NCBI GenBank assembly: GCA_965195345.1
Contig: OZ239628.1
Coordinates: 1,280,001 to 1,344,000 of the forward strand
DNA from: an uncultured Thiomicrospira sp.
Lineage (GTDB): Bacteria > Pseudomonadota > Gammaproteobacteria > CAKMZV01
DNA: 64,000 bases
Direction: 5' to 3'
Part shown: positions 1 to 11,405 of the stretch, piece by piece
Numbering within the stretch: the first letter of the stretch is position 1
Layout of the letters: each line of letters starts with the position of its first letter
The notes under the pieces: model-generated
What the model saw: only the letters and a program-made list of their open reading frames with translations
Databases searched by the model: none
Told to the model about the DNA's origin: nothing
Position numbers and translations under genes: made by a program

Positions 1-515
1 GCAACTTTTGCGATGCGCCTTATTTCGTTTTCATCATAAACATATGTATTAAATCCTTTACGCAACCCATTCTCTAAAGTTATGCCGCGTGGTTCTCCAA
101 AATAGATTCCCCCAGTCAATTCTCTAACGATGAGAATGTCTAAACCACTAACAATTTCTGGTTTGAGCGATGATGCTTGCGCTAATTGTGGATACAGTAT
201 TGCAGGGCGTAAGTTTGCAAACAAATTAAACGTTTTACGCAAATTTAACAAGCCCTTTTCGGGTCTTTGCGCCATCGGCAACTCTTCCCATTTAAAGCCA
301 CCAACGGCTCCAAGAAGAATTGCATCACTTGCTTTTGCTAAATCTAAAGTGGACTCTGGGAGCGGTGTACCTTCAGCATCTATTGCACACCCTCCAACGA
401 GGCTTTTTTCAATTTCAATCGGTAAACCATTTTTTCTAAGTGCTTCAAGGCAGAGTTCTGCTTGATTCATGATTTCAGGGCCAATACCGTCGCCAGCTAA
501 TAATAGTATTTTCAT
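1..515 (-). CDS. leuB: 3-isopropylmalate dehydrogenase (5' part; runs off the window start)
   Basis: Manual translation from ATG at 515 gives [19 protein letters not shown]..., later GAVGGFKW and [13 protein letters not shown]; ATGA overlap with the tyrA stop. Not in the ORF track because it is truncated. Confidence 0.93.
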   Translation of the reverse strand, partial: MKILLLAGDGIGPEIMNQAELCLEALRKNGLPIEIEKSLVGGCAIDAEGTPLPESTLDLAKASDAILLGAVGGFKWEELPMAQRPEKGLLNLRKTFNLFANLRPAILYPQLAQASSLKPEIVSGLDILIVRELTGGIYFGEPRGITLENGLRKGFNTYVYDENEIRRIAKV

Positions 516-1390
516 TTTTCAGTAGTTTTCTTAGTAGAATTTATTATATTATTCATCCATTGATTTCGAGCATTGCGTGCAGTCGACATGATTTCATATA
601 ATTTTTGTTTATTTTTATCTTTTATAGCTTCTTGAATATCATCAAGGCAAGCTTTGAACCCTTCAATCGCCTCAATAATTGCAGGTTCATTGGCAATAGC
701 AATATCACGCCACATATCAGGATGACTGGACGCTGTGCGTGTTAAATCCCCAAAACCGCCTGCCGATAAATCCAAATAGTCTTGAGCGTCTTCCTTTTGG
801 GCGACCAAATTAAACAAAGAAAATGCTATTACATGAGGCAAATGACTAACGTGTGCTAGTAGCAAATCGTGTTCCTTTGCATCCATATTAACAACTATAC
901 CGCCAATAGATGACCACATTTCGTTGAGCACTTTTTGAGCACGTAATGATTGATTCTGATGGGGTGTCACAATTACTTTTGCGCCAACAAACAAATCACT
1001 ACTCGCAGCCTCAAGACCACTTTTTTCTTTGCCAGCTACTGGATGAGAAGGAATGAAATTATCAGGAATTTTTCCAAAAACGGACTTAGCATCTCTAAAA
1101 ACAGATAATTTGGTACTGCCAACATCGGTGCACACCCAAGTATCGCTCCAACAATTTTTCAGATCGGTAAGCAAAGAATGAAAAGTGCCAACTGGTGTGG
1201 CTAATACTACTATATCTGCTCCGTGTACTGCCTCAGCGAGGTTGCTCGATCCTTGGTTAATAATCTGCAAATCCATTGCTTTCTTTATCGTCTCTTCTCT
1301 TCCGTAGCCAGAGACAATCATGCCATTCTTCTTTAATGAAAGTGCCAAAGATCCACCAATCATGCCAACACCCAAAATTGCAGTTTTCAT
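512..1390 (-). CDS. tyrA: prephenate dehydrogenase
   Basis: GVGMIGGS Rossmann motif, [25 protein letters not shown]; follows pheA-hisC. Confidence 0.93.
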   Translation of the reverse strand: MKTAILGVGMIGGSLALSLKKNGMIVSGYGREETIKKAMDLQIINQGSSNLAEAVHGADIVVLATPVGTFHSLLTDLKNCWSDTWVCTDVGSTKLSVFRDAKSVFGKIPDNFIPSHPVAGKEKSGLEAASSDLFVGAKVIVTPHQNQSLRAQKVLNEMWSSIGGIVVNMDAKEHDLLLAHVSHLPHVIAFSLFNLVAQKEDAQDYLDLSAGGFGDLTRTASSHPDMWRDIAIANEPAIIEAIEGFKACLDDIQEAIKDKNKQKLYEIMSTARNARNQWMNNIINSTKKTTEK

Positions 1391-2484
1391 AATAAGCCTT
1401 CAAGAGCATTGAAAAAAAAAGTATTCTCTTCGGGAGTTCCGATTGACACTCTAAGATGATGCGAAAGCCCATAACCTGAAATATCTCGCACAATCACACC
1501 TTTTTCAAGCAAACATTGATTAATTTCTTTTGCTTGGTTTGGGAAATGAATGCACAGAAAATTGGCTTTAGACGGTATCCATTCAATATTTAGTGTTGCT
1601 AATCTTTCCTCAAATTCCTTCTTTATCTGATGAAATTCATGGGTTGTTTTTTGTATCCACTCTTGATCTTTTAGTGCCATTTCAGCAGCATTAAGAGCTA
1701 ATGTATTTACATTGAATGGTTGTCGAACGCGGTTTAAAACATCTGTTATTTCTGGAGAAGATAATCCATAACCGACCCGCAACCCAGCTAAAGCATAGGC
1801 TTTTGAAAAAGTTCTTGTTATTATTAAATTAGGAAATTCCTCAAGCCATACGGTACTGTCAGTGTAATCATTCGCGTCCAAATACTCTATATACGCTTCA
1901 TCAAGTACGACTACAATATCATCAGGTACTTGTCGTAAAAACCGTAAAATCTTATCAGATGAAACAAATGTACCTGTTGGATTATTAGGATTTGCAATAA
2001 AGACAACGCTTGTGGTTTCGTCGATAGATTGAGCACAACGCTCTAGATCATAACCAAAATTCGTAGCAGGAACAACCTGCAAATGAGCTCCCATGCTTTG
2101 AGAAGAAATTGCATATACTACAAACGCATGTTGAGAGAATAATGCCGACTTCCCTTCTCGAAGAAAAGTCCGTGCAATGAGATCAAGTACATCATTTGAA
2201 CCATTACCAAGCGTGATTTGTTGAGGTGATACTTTATGAAATGAGGCAATAACTTGTTTCAAACGATAACCATTGCCATCAGGATAACGCAACAAATCCT
2301 CAGAATTTGCAGTGAGTGTTTCTAAAATTCTTGGAGACGGTCCAAAAGGATTTTCATTAGAGGCCAGCTTAACAATCTTCTCGATGCCATACTCTCTCTT
2401 AATTTCAGATATAGGACGCCCTGGCTGATATGCTTGTAATGATCGAATTCCCGTGCCTATATTTCGGTTTGTCATCTCATCCAT
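1387..2484 (-). CDS. hisC: histidinol-phosphate aminotransferase
   Basis: KLASNENPFG, GNGSND, NPNNPTG, RTFSKAYALAGLRVGY PLP motifs. Confidence 0.93.
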   Translation of the reverse strand: MDEMTNRNIGTGIRSLQAYQPGRPISEIKREYGIEKIVKLASNENPFGPSPRILETLTANSEDLLRYPDGNGYRLKQVIASFHKVSPQQITLGNGSNDVLDLIARTFLREGKSALFSQHAFVVYAISSQSMGAHLQVVPATNFGYDLERCAQSIDETTSVVFIANPNNPTGTFVSSDKILRFLRQVPDDIVVVLDEAYIEYLDANDYTDSTVWLEEFPNLIITRTFSKAYALAGLRVGYGLSSPEITDVLNRVRQPFNVNTLALNAAEMALKDQEWIQKTTHEFHQIKKEFEERLATLNIEWIPSKANFLCIHFPNQAKEINQCLLEKGVIVRDISGYGLSHHLRVSIGTPEENTFFFNALEGLL

Positions 2485-2491
2485 TGTAGCG

Positions 2492-3586
2492 TTAGTTTGC
2501 TCGTGGAAAAGACCCCAAAACCCTTACCAATTCTACGTTGGTTTTAATCTTTTCCAATACAAGTTTAAGTGCCTCTTCTTGTGCATGCCCATCAACTTCA
2601 ATATAAAAAATATAGTCCCACAGAGCCTGATGCGATGGTCGAGAACTGATGCTGCTCAAGCTTATGCCTTCGTTAGCAAATGGCTGTAAAATATTAAAAA
2701 GCGTGCCCGGTTGATTTTTCACCGCAATAAGCAATGCCGTACGATCGTTACCACTAATGCCCGAATCACAATCCCCAATAACAAGAAAACGTGTGCGATT
2801 ATCTAAAGCATCTTGAATGCGACGCTGCACAATAGGCACTTCATAATGAATTGATGCCTGTTCAGAAGCAATAGCAGCATAACCACTGCCCTTCTCTTTA
2901 ACCAATTTTACAGCACCAGCATTGGAGTCCATATTTTGCAGATGAGCATCAGGAAATCGCTCTAACCATCGACGGCATTGACCAATTGTTTGTTCGTGCG
3001 CAACAATTGTATGGATCTTACTAAAATCATTCCCGTCAAAACTCATAAAACAATGCTCAATTGGCAGCATTAGCTCAAGACATACTTTTATATTTTCGTA
3101 TTTTATTAATGCATCGATCGTTTGATGCACTGTCCCTTCATAAGAATTTTCAATGGGAACCACGCCGAAATGACAACGCTTTTTAGTTACTTCATCAAAT
3201 ATTGCATTGATGTTTTTCAATGAAACAAATTCATTGGATTGACCGAAATATTGTTGACTAACTTGGTGCGTATAGGTTTCTTCAGGACCTAAATAAGCAA
3301 TTATTTGCTGTTGTTCCAAAGACAAACAAGCCGCTATTATTTCGCGATAGATCGCTTTTATAGACGCGTCTGTGAAATTTAAACCATACTCCTTTTTCAA
3401 TTGCAACAATCTGCGAATAATTTGAGATTCTCTCTCAGGTCTGAAATATTGAATTCCTTCTGGTGGGGCTGATACTTTTTTGATACTTGCTACTTGCTCT
3501 GCCAATTGTGCGCGTTGAACAAGCAACTTAAGCACTGCATCATCAGTTGCATCAATCTTTTCACGTAATTTATTCAAGCTATTCAT
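2492..3586 (-). CDS. pheA: chorismate mutase / prephenate dehydratase (P-protein)
   Basis: N-terminal CM (LREKIDATD), YLGPE, GVVPIENS, NRTRFLVI, C-terminal ACT domain. Confidence 0.93.
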   Translation of the reverse strand: MNSLNKLREKIDATDDAVLKLLVQRAQLAEQVASIKKVSAPPEGIQYFRPERESQIIRRLLQLKKEYGLNFTDASIKAIYREIIAACLSLEQQQIIAYLGPEETYTHQVSQQYFGQSNEFVSLKNINAIFDEVTKKRCHFGVVPIENSYEGTVHQTIDALIKYENIKVCLELMLPIEHCFMSFDGNDFSKIHTIVAHEQTIGQCRRWLERFPDAHLQNMDSNAGAVKLVKEKGSGYAAIASEQASIHYEVPIVQRRIQDALDNRTRFLVIGDCDSGISGNDRTALLIAVKNQPGTLFNILQPFANEGISLSSISSRPSHQALWDYIFYIEVDGHAQEEALKLVLEKIKTNVELVRVLGSFPRAN

Positions 3587-4766
3587 CTTTGTACATACAA
3601 TACCGAGCAGAGCGAATACCGTCTATTAACAAAAAATTCATAATCATCTCATCAAGATCGTTTTTTTCCTTATCCTCTATATCAACAATTGTATAGGCAA
3701 CGTCATTGTTAGACTTGTTTAATAGATCTTTGATATTTATGCTTCTCTGCGCTAACTCACCAGTTATTTTTTCAATCATGCCAGGTTTATTGTCATTCGC
3801 GATAACTATTCGCACTTCAAAGTCATCCTGCAAAATAACTTCAGGGAAATTAACAGCATTGGTGACGTTGCCTCTAACAAGAAACTCATTGAGTTGAGAT
3901 GCAACTAAAACAGCACAATTCTCTTCTGCTTCTTTCGTTGATGCTCCTAAGTGAGGCAAAGCAATCACATTATCAAGGTTAGAAACTCTTTCACTTGGAA
4001 AATCAGTCACATAACAACGAACCTTTCCTTGTTCAAGACCACTGATGATAGCATCTTCCTCGACAACTTCTGCCCTAGATAGGTTTATGATTATTTTACC
4101 TTCTGGCAATTTTTTCAACGATTCTGTATTAAATAAATTGCATGTAGAGTCTATCAACGGAACATGGAAGGTAATGAAATCGCACGACTTATAAATATCT
4201 TCCATCGTATTCACTCGAGTAATATTGGAATTAAGTTTCCACGCATTTTTCACCGTGATTTTAGGGTCAAATCCTGCGACCTTCATCCCTAAGGAACAAG
4301 CAGCGTTTGCCACTTCCACCCCTACAGCACCCAGTCCAATAATTCCCAATTTTTTTCCTGCGAGTTCGAAACCTGCAAACTGTTTTTTTCCAGCCTCCAC
4401 TGCTTCGTTCAACGATTCACCATTCATTGTTAAACCTCGAGTGAAATCGTATGCTTGGCAAATATTGCGAGCCGCTAAAAGCATACCCGCTATAGTTAAC
4501 TCTTTAACCGCATTCGCATTTGCTCCTGGCGCGTTGAATACTGGTATACCCCGCTCTGTTAGCATTTCAACCGGAATGTTGTTATATCCTGCTCCAGCAC
4601 GACCTACTGCTTTTAAACTTGAACCAAATTCCATGTCATGCATTTTAAATGATCGAACCATAATGGCATCAGGGTTGTCATGTCGAGTAACCGCTTTACA
4701 AAAATTTTTGTCAAACCGATTCAAACCTGCTCGTGCTATATTATTTAAAGTCAAAATGCTGTACAT
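3579..4766 (-). CDS. serA: D-3-phosphoglycerate dehydrogenase
   Basis: RAGAGYNNI, NANAVKEL, GLGAVG, PHLGAST, C-terminal ACT; next to serC. Confidence 0.9.
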   Translation of the reverse strand: MYSILTLNNIARAGLNRFDKNFCKAVTRHDNPDAIMVRSFKMHDMEFGSSLKAVGRAGAGYNNIPVEMLTERGIPVFNAPGANANAVKELTIAGMLLAARNICQAYDFTRGLTMNGESLNEAVEAGKKQFAGFELAGKKLGIIGLGAVGVEVANAACSLGMKVAGFDPKITVKNAWKLNSNITRVNTMEDIYKSCDFITFHVPLIDSTCNLFNTESLKKLPEGKIIINLSRAEVVEEDAIISGLEQGKVRCYVTDFPSERVSNLDNVIALPHLGASTKEAEENCAVLVASQLNEFLVRGNVTNAVNFPEVILQDDFEVRIVIANDNKPGMIEKITGELAQRSINIKDLLNKSNNDVAYTIVDIEDKEKNDLDEMIMNFLLIDGIRSARYCMYKDE

Positions 4767-4768
4767 TA

Positions 4769-5863
4769 TTATCCGTGTTGCTTGGCAAACTCTGCCATAA
4801 ATTCAATAAGTTTCTCAACACCAGCAAGTGGCATAGAATTGTAAATACTTGCTCGCATTCCACCGATCACCCTATGTCCTTTCAAATTGGTTAAGCCTTC
4901 AGTTTCAGCACGTTCTAAAAACCGTGTCTCCAGTGCACTCTCTCGTAATGTAAAAGGTATATTCATCCAAGATCTTGAACCTTTCTCTATAGGGTTGTTA
5001 TAGAACTCATTATCGTCAATAAATGCATAAAGAATTTCTGCTTTCTGCTTATTAATCTCACCCATGGCTTTCAACCCACCTTGGGCTTTCAGCCATGCAA
5101 AAACCTCCCCTGCCACGTACCAAGAAAAGGTAGCTGGTGTATTAAACATGGAATGATTTTCGCTTTGTTTTTTCCAGTTAAAAATAGTTGGTAAATCTGC
5201 ATCCAAACCATTTATCAAATCCTTCCGAACAATCAAAATAACCATTCCTGCGGGGGCAATGTTTTTCTGCGCTCCAGCATAAATAACGCCAAATTGACTT
5301 ACATCAATGGGTCGAGATAACAGCGTTGAAGAAAAATCAGCAACTAACGGCGTTATTCCACTGGCAGGAATATAGGAAAATTCAACCCCTGTTATTGTTT
5401 CATTAGGCGTGTAGTGCAGATATGCATACTCCTCTTCAAACTGCCATTCCTCAGGTTTTGGTACTCGAAAGTCAGCGGAAGTATCGGATAACACATCAAC
5501 ATCAATATATCGTTTACCTTCAGTTATTGCTTTCTCACCCCAATGCCCTGTTTTAATATACGCAGCTTTGCCTGCTCTATAGCGTAGATTCAAGGGAATA
5601 GCCGAAAATTGTCCCGATGCGCCCCCTTGTAAAAAAAGAACTTCGTAGTTTTCAGGAATGCTTAGTAATTCCCGTAAATTTTTCTCACACAGAGCAGTCA
5701 TTTCCATGAACGCAGCAGATCGATGGCTCACTTCCATAGACGACATGCCACTGCCTTGCCAATTAAGCAAGTCGTGCTGAACTTTCTCCAGCACTGCTTG
5801 AGGCAATTGAGCAGGACCGGGACTAAAATTATAAACTCTTTTCATTTCATTAGATTTATTCAT
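4769..5863 (-). CDS. serC: phosphoserine aminotransferase
   Basis: NFSPGPAQLP, EVSHRS, GAQKN, GHRVIGGMRASIYN. Confidence 0.96.
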   Translation of the reverse strand: MNKSNEMKRVYNFSPGPAQLPQAVLEKVQHDLLNWQGSGMSSMEVSHRSAAFMEMTALCEKNLRELLSIPENYEVLFLQGGASGQFSAIPLNLRYRAGKAAYIKTGHWGEKAITEGKRYIDVDVLSDTSADFRVPKPEEWQFEEEYAYLHYTPNETITGVEFSYIPASGITPLVADFSSTLLSRPIDVSQFGVIYAGAQKNIAPAGMVILIVRKDLINGLDADLPTIFNWKKQSENHSMFNTPATFSWYVAGEVFAWLKAQGGLKAMGEINKQKAEILYAFIDDNEFYNNPIEKGSRSWMNIPFTLRESALETRFLERAETEGLTNLKGHRVIGGMRASIYNSMPLAGVEKLIEFMAEFAKQHG

Positions 5864-5894
5864 AGTATTTGGCTATTAAAAGCCATAAATTATC

Positions 5895-5940
5895 ACCCTA
5901 ACTATTTGAAGCAATTGAAACGCTTCAAATAGTTAAGGGT
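5895..5940. terminator. stem-loop between gyrA and serC (possible terminator or processing site)
   Basis: Perfect 14-bp inverted repeat taactatttgaagc (5899-5912) / gcttcaaatagtta (5922-5935), extendable by accc/gggt; no clear U-tract. Confidence 0.5.
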
Positions 5941-5954
5941 AAACTTGATTTGTA

Positions 5955-8669
5955 CTAATCTTCTGAATGTATATCTGATGCTTTTTCAGCCAATACGTCG
6001 TCTGATTCGGAATGTTCGTCTTGCACATTAGAATCTAAAGTTTCCGTTTCGTGAGAGCTATCCTCTCCTAATCTGTCATGACTTAAGATTTCTTCACCTA
6101 CCTCATCTTCGCCCAATTCTTCTTCTGGACAAATACGTGCAATTCCAGCAAGTGACTCTTTATCGTCAAGACGAATAAGACGCACACCCATCGTGTTTCT
6201 ACCGCTGCTGGAAATCTCATGAACGCCAATGCGCACCATAGTACCCCCATCAGAAATCAACATTACTTCGTCTTCTTCGCGTACCATAACCGCTGCCGCC
6301 ACCTGTCCGTTACGCTCTCCTGTTTTAATTGAAATAACCCCTTTACCGCCACGTCTCTTAACAGGATAATCAGTTACAAGCGTGCGTTTACCGTACCCCA
6401 TGACCGTTGCCGTTAATACCTGAGCATCTTCTTCGGCAATCATCATGGTCATCACCATGTCCTTTTTATCAACGCGCATACCAATCACACCCTTGGCAGT
6501 TCTACCCATAGAGCGCACATCTGATTCTTTAAAGCGCACTGCTTTACCAGTATTAGAAAACAGAAGTATATCTTTAGAACCATCCGTTAAAGCCGCACCA
6601 ATCATCTCATCCCCTTCATTCAAACTAAGGGCAATAATGCCATTAGCACGTTGATTTGAATAGCTGGTGAGTGGGGTTTTTTTGATAATCCCACATTTGG
6701 TCGACATGACAATGTAATGTTCGGGGTCATAGTTTTTTATAGGAAGGACAGCCGTAATAATCTCCTGCCCATCCAATGGCAACAAATTAACAATCGGTTT
6801 GCCTCTAGCTTGTCGAGAGCCTACTGGAACTTCATATACTTTCTTCCAATACACCTTCCCAGCAGATGAAAAACACAGTAATGTATCGTGTGAATTAGCA
6901 ACAAACATTTGTGACAACACATCTTCTTCTTTGGTTGCCGCTGCCATACGTCCCCTACCCCCACGATGTTGGGCTTGATATTCATCCAACGCCTGCGTTT
7001 TAATGTAACCCAAGTGAGAAATTGTAACAACACGCTGCTCAATAGGAATTAAATCCTCTACACTAAGATCTTGAAAATGCTTGCTAATTCGAGAGCGTCT
7101 TGGAGATTGATATTTTTCACGTATCTCAATCAACTCATCGCGAATCACTTGGAGTAATTTGTCTGAATCACGAAGAATTTCTAATAATTTAGCAATAACA
7201 TCAAGCAAAGTTTTAAATTCCTCATGAATCTTTTCTTGCTCTAAACCTGTTAAACGATTCAACCGCAAATCCAAAATGGCTTGAACTTGTATTTCACTTA
7301 ATTGATACTCATCGCCCGACTGTAAACCTACCCCTTCTGGCAAATCTTGAGGACGCGATTGATCAAACCCTTCATCATTGATCAACTGTTTAACGAAACC
7401 TATAGACCACTTCCTATCAAGCAACGCTTGCTTAGCAGTCGCTGGGGATTTTGAATGCCGAATAATCTCAATCATATCGTCAATATTCGCCAATGCAATT
7501 GCCAGACCCTCTAATATATGTGCACGGTTGCGTGCTTTCGCCAAATCAAACAATGATCTACGTGTAACAACATCTGCTCGATGCGCCAAAAAGGCTTCGA
7601 GTATTTGTTTTAAATTCAATAGCCGAGGCTGCCCACCTGATAAAGCGACCATGTTGATGCCAAAAACGCTTTGCATCGCAGTCATTTTATAAAGTTGATT
7701 GAGCACTACTTCTGGTACTTCCCCGCGTTTAAGCTCAATCACCATGCGCATGCCTTGCTTATCTGATTCGTCTCGCAATCCACTAATGGATTCAACCTTT
7801 TTATCTTTAACTAACTCAGCAATGCGTTCAATAAGCCGCGCTTTGTTTACTGCATAAGGTAATTCAGTAACAATAATTGACTGTCTATCACCCTCGCGCG
7901 TTTCAAAATGTGCTTTAGCCCTAGTGTAAACTTTTCCTCGTCCAGTATGATAGGCTTCATGAATACCAGATACTCCATTTATTTCACCGTACGTTGGGAA
8001 ATCAGGTCCAGGAAGAACTTCTATAAGTTCATCAATAGTGGTATCAGGATTGTTTGACAACAACAATGCTGCATCTATAACTTCGGCTAAATTATGTGGA
8101 GGAATGTTAGTTGCCATGCCAACAGCAATGCCACTTGAACCATTTACTAACAGATTGGGTACGCGCGTGGGCAATACGGCAGGTTCTGATTCGGATTCAT
8201 CGTAATTGGGTATAAAGTCGACAGTGTCTTTATCAATATCAATTAACAAGTCATGCGCAATACGCGCCATGCGAATTTCCGTATATCGCATAGCCGCTGC
8301 TGCGTCCCCATCAACCGAGCCAAAGTTACCCTGTCCATCGACAAGCATATTACGCATAGAGAAAGGTTGTGCCATACGAACAATAGCGTCATAAACTGCA
8401 GAATCTCCATGAGGATGGTACTTACCGATGACATCACCAACAATCCGTGCAGATTTCTTATAAGAGGTGTTGTAGCCATTGCCAAGCTCATTCATCGCAA
8501 ACAAAATACGTCGATGAACGGGTTTTAATCCATCACGCACGTCAGGCAAAGCTCTACCGACAATCACGCTCATAGCATAGTCAAGATATGAGTTTTTCAT
8601 TTCTTCTTCGAGAGAAGCAGCAATAATATGATCGTTCAAAATAGTTGATTCGGACGTTGAGTCAGACAT
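5955..8669 (-). CDS. gyrA: DNA gyrase subunit A
   Basis: [32 protein letters not shown] catalytic Tyr, GyrA-box QHRGGRG, acidic tail. Confidence 0.98.
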   Translation of the reverse strand: MSDSTSESTILNDHIIAASLEEEMKNSYLDYAMSVIVGRALPDVRDGLKPVHRRILFAMNELGNGYNTSYKKSARIVGDVIGKYHPHGDSAVYDAIVRMAQPFSMRNMLVDGQGNFGSVDGDAAAAMRYTEIRMARIAHDLLIDIDKDTVDFIPNYDESESEPAVLPTRVPNLLVNGSSGIAVGMATNIPPHNLAEVIDAALLLSNNPDTTIDELIEVLPGPDFPTYGEINGVSGIHEAYHTGRGKVYTRAKAHFETREGDRQSIIVTELPYAVNKARLIERIAELVKDKKVESISGLRDESDKQGMRMVIELKRGEVPEVVLNQLYKMTAMQSVFGINMVALSGGQPRLLNLKQILEAFLAHRADVVTRRSLFDLAKARNRAHILEGLAIALANIDDMIEIIRHSKSPATAKQALLDRKWSIGFVKQLINDEGFDQSRPQDLPEGVGLQSGDEYQLSEIQVQAILDLRLNRLTGLEQEKIHEEFKTLLDVIAKLLEILRDSDKLLQVIRDELIEIREKYQSPRRSRISKHFQDLSVEDLIPIEQRVVTISHLGYIKTQALDEYQAQHRGGRGRMAAATKEEDVLSQMFVANSHDTLLCFSSAGKVYWKKVYEVPVGSRQARGKPIVNLLPLDGQEIITAVLPIKNYDPEHYIVMSTKCGIIKKTPLTSYSNQRANGIIALSLNEGDEMIGAALTDGSKDILLFSNTGKAVRFKESDVRSMGRTAKGVIGMRVDKKDMVMTMMIAEEDAQVLTATVMGYGKRTLVTDYPVKRRGGKGVISIKTGERNGQVAAAVMVREEDEVMLISDGGTMVRIGVHEISSSGRNTMGVRLIRLDDKESLAGIARICPEEELGEDEVGEEILSHDRLGEDSSHETETLDSNVQDEHSESDDVLAEKASDIHSED

Positions 8670-8794
8670 AATGTTATTTGATTTGTTATGCGAAAAAAAT
8701 TGAAAGCATATTATACTGCACTTGGCATGCTTTCTCTTTTCAAAACAAAGGTTCTTGAAAGAGAAATTAGGTAGAATGCAACACCTAAAAATTA

Positions 8795-8882
8795 GGTGAG
8801 ATGTCCGAGTGGTTTAAGGAGCACGCCTGGAACGCGTGTATGGGGAAACTCATCGAGGGTTCGAATCCCTCTCTCACCGCCA
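8795..8882 (+). tRNA. tRNA-Ser(GGA)
   Basis: GGTGAGATGTCCGAGTGGTTTAAGGAGCACGCCTGGAACGCGTG... long variable arm, GGTTCGAATCC T-loop, ends in CCA; anticodon GGA. Confidence 0.96.
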
Positions 8883-9006
8883 ATAAAGTGTTTGCTGTGC
8901 TACCGCCAAATTTAACGATTCGCCAGCCCTCTGCTTCTCTGTTAATAACATTTCTGGCTATTTAGTACTAATAGCAAACGTATTTGGGTATAGTTTGCAT
9001 CATTTA

Positions 9007-9495
9007 TTAGAAAGCCTTAATCATGGCCATGCCGACTGAGTAGTCGGCGACATCATTGGCGGTCATCGCCTTATCTCAGCTTTGGATAACCATATTGAAG
9101 TCAGAATGTGGCTGCTTATAGCACATAAACCATTGTTCTCTAACTATCGTCTCTCCAATAGGCACTGGATACTGTTGATACTGATCAGCAAAGATATAGG
9201 CCCCTAAGTTATTTTTAGTTCCTCTTAATGTTTGCAAGCTTTCACGAGCAGAATTTAATGGTTCGCCTGCTGACGTTTATAAATACCTTCATTCCTTAGT
9301 GTCATCACTTCATTTTTTTCAGCAATGACAGGCAATGCTAATGGCATATACCGGCTACCGCCCTCTTTTCCTTGGCTTTCAGATAACCGGCTAAATCCAT
9401 CTCATGAACGCGTTGCATAACCATAATAATCTCCCCCCATGTTCTTATTGTTAAACGTTGTTATACGTTCTCATCAAACCATCGATTACAATTCT
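9007..9495 (-). pseudogene. phage terminase large-subunit-like fragment
   Basis: Manual translation across stops and frameshifts: NRWFDENV..NNKNMG.IIMVMQRVHEMDLAGYL..LALPVIAEKNE..GAYIFADQYQQYPVP..WF..VIQS*DKA..ADYSV, matching terminase-like motifs (VMQRLHEDDL, AQYQQxP, QSWDTA, DYSV). Confidence 0.7.
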
Positions 9496-9705
9496 CTAAC
9501 CGTTTATGGTTGGCATATGGGAGGCAGTCCACTGCACAGCATTCTCCGCAAGGACTTGGCGAACTTTCATCGAGCACAGTGATTGGGGAAAATGAAATAG
9601 GTGGATATCTGTTTGTGGAGCCACTTTACACGTGACGCCTGTCAACGGCTCCGGAGCTAGCATGTTTTCCGATGAATAAACAGAAAGAGTGTCCAAATCT
9701 GTCAT
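9496..9705 (-). pseudogene. glutathione S-transferase N-terminal fragment
   Basis: HLFHFPQSLCSMKVRQVLAE resembles the GST-N LYHxxxSxCSxKVRxxLAE motif; truncated at 69 aa. Confidence 0.6.
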
Positions 9706-9824
9706 CTCAGGTCCCCTTCTTTCGATTTCGTTTTATCTAATCATAACTAAATAGCCCATCCAGTCAAATCAGAGCTAGATCACGGTAAGAACGTTATGAA
9801 GCTTTTAATTAAGAGCTGCTCTGT

Positions 9825-10712
9825 TTAAGTTCGATTCGAAGCTATAAAACGCTCTATATCTGAGGCCACATGCATAGTTTCATGGTGAGGCTCCGCTTTA
9901 TGGCACATAGCGCAGAGTACAGAAAGGTTGGACTCGCTATTATCCCCCTTCACACCATTAATATGATGGACATGCAATCCTTTCTTCATCTGGCTCATAT
10001 TTACCCCGCATCTTGAGCATTCCCAGCCACATCGTTGACGAAGATCTGTCGATATTTTTGGAAAATAATCAGTGTAGCCACCCCGCGGCTGAGATGCTGC
10101 TGTATGCTTCGGTGTGCGCCTCATGACATTAAATGTGCCATCATTCTCACCTAAGTAAGTCTGTAATGAGAAGTTTTTGACAGCCTCCACTCGATCACCT
10201 TTAAGTTGTCTACAGTCAAAGTCGTGATATTGCAGCTTATCCAAACATCTTTGGCACGGGGCAAGCCTGATATTGTCTAGAACATGATACTCACCATATA
10301 ACGAAATTTGATCTGGCTCTCTCTCTCTTGCCTCTACCTGAAACAGCCCTGACTTAGATCTTGAGAGAACATAACGCTCAAATCTCCCTTTCTTTTCCAT
10401 CTTAACGAGGACATCACACCAAGTAAAGTGGAAGCGGGGGGCGCTCTGTTGAGGAATTTCTGCCTCCAGATCGAGCTTACTGTAATTGGAATTAAAAATG
10501 TAAAGAATCGCAAGAACATCACCTTTATAAGTTAAGAATGGCCCTACGGTCTTGATATCCTCTCGTTCAACTATGAGACCTTCATTTGTCTCTAGCTGAA
10601 CAACTACTCTCTCAAATTCGGACAGCGCAGCTCCAAATTCGAGCTGGACTAAATCGGCTCCTATACGAGCTCTGAGCGAATCAAGCCGATCAGAACTATC
10701 GGAAAGTTTCAC
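9825..10712 (-). CDS. zorE: Zorya type II effector, HNH endonuclease
   Basis: C-terminal CSRCG..LHVHHINGVKGDNSESNLSVLCAMCH HNH motif; overlaps zorB as third gene of the operon. Confidence 0.82.
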   Translation of the reverse strand: MKLSDSSDRLDSLRARIGADLVQLEFGAALSEFERVVVQLETNEGLIVEREDIKTVGPFLTYKGDVLAILYIFNSNYSKLDLEAEIPQQSAPRFHFTWCDVLVKMEKKGRFERYVLSRSKSGLFQVEAREREPDQISLYGEYHVLDNIRLAPCQRCLDKLQYHDFDCRQLKGDRVEAVKNFSLQTYLGENDGTFNVMRRTPKHTAASQPRGGYTDYFPKISTDLRQRCGWECSRCGVNMSQMKKGLHVHHINGVKGDNSESNLSVLCAMCHKAEPHHETMHVASDIERFIASNRT

Positions 10713-11394
10713 TACGTTTCAACTTGGTTACAAGGTTAAGAAGATCATCTTCTGCGCGAGTTTTCATTCTAAATTCAACTCTGCGGGACTTGTCATAAAG
10801 TTCAGCATTACCAGCTTTAATAAGATCACTCGACGACATCCCGTGAGCTGTCATACTTGAAAAACTCCAATCTAGATAGCCAGAATTTGATGCAATGCTA
10901 GGAATGTTCAAAGCATAGCTCATTACGTTTCTAGATCTATTTTGAGATAGCTCAGTGTTATATATGTAACCACTAAGTTTAGTGTCAACTCCTCTAACAT
11001 TAGAGTCGGTGTGCCCCTCGATTCTTAACTCACTTATAGATTCTTTGTAGTCCCATATCACCTCCATAAGCCGAGGCATAAAATTATTCAGCAAATTCCT
11101 AAAGCTCGGAGAGAGACTTGAGCTTGCGCTTTCAAAGCTCGAATCGCTCTCAAAGCGGATCAATAAGCCTCCCTCACATATTGTCATATTCCAACGATCT
11201 ATATCCTGAGAAAATTCAGCGAGTAGATCTCCACATATTTCATCTCGTATGTCACTTACTTCATTAAAATATTTACTAAGATTCTCAATATATATCACTG
11301 CAATAAACAGGAAAATCATCATTAAACCCGCCATCATATCCGCAGCAGAAATCCATGTATCGTCATCGTTAGAACTTTTAGATAGAAAATTCAT
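10696..11394 (-). CDS. zorB: Zorya ZorB (MotB/OmpA-like)
   Basis: WISAADMMAGLMMIFLFI TM helix with conserved Asp; OmpA-like IEGHTDS..NTELSQNRSRNV..SRRVEF. Confidence 0.88.
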   Translation of the reverse strand: MNFLSKSSNDDDTWISAADMMAGLMMIFLFIAVIYIENLSKYFNEVSDIRDEICGDLLAEFSQDIDRWNMTICEGGLLIRFESDSSFESASSSLSPSFRNLLNNFMPRLMEVIWDYKESISELRIEGHTDSNVRGVDTKLSGYIYNTELSQNRSRNVMSYALNIPSIASNSGYLDWSFSSMTAHGMSSSDLIKAGNAELYDKSRRVEFRMKTRAEDDLLNLVTKLKRSETFR

Positions 11395-11405
11395 ATATTG
11401 ACCTA

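Noticed and set aside
130-465. 111-aa plus-strand ORF, and similar antisense ORFs such as 4225..4800 and 47990..48535
   Set aside because: Shadow frames of well-supported genes on the opposite strand (leuB, serA, pnp).
8902-8908. accgcca just downstream of tRNA-Ser as a possible extra att scar
   Set aside because: Only 7 bp; cannot be distinguished from chance.
9031-9048. gccgact-gagt-agtcggc hairpin
   Set aside because: Lies inside the terminase pseudogene (ADYSVG codons) and has no U-tract.
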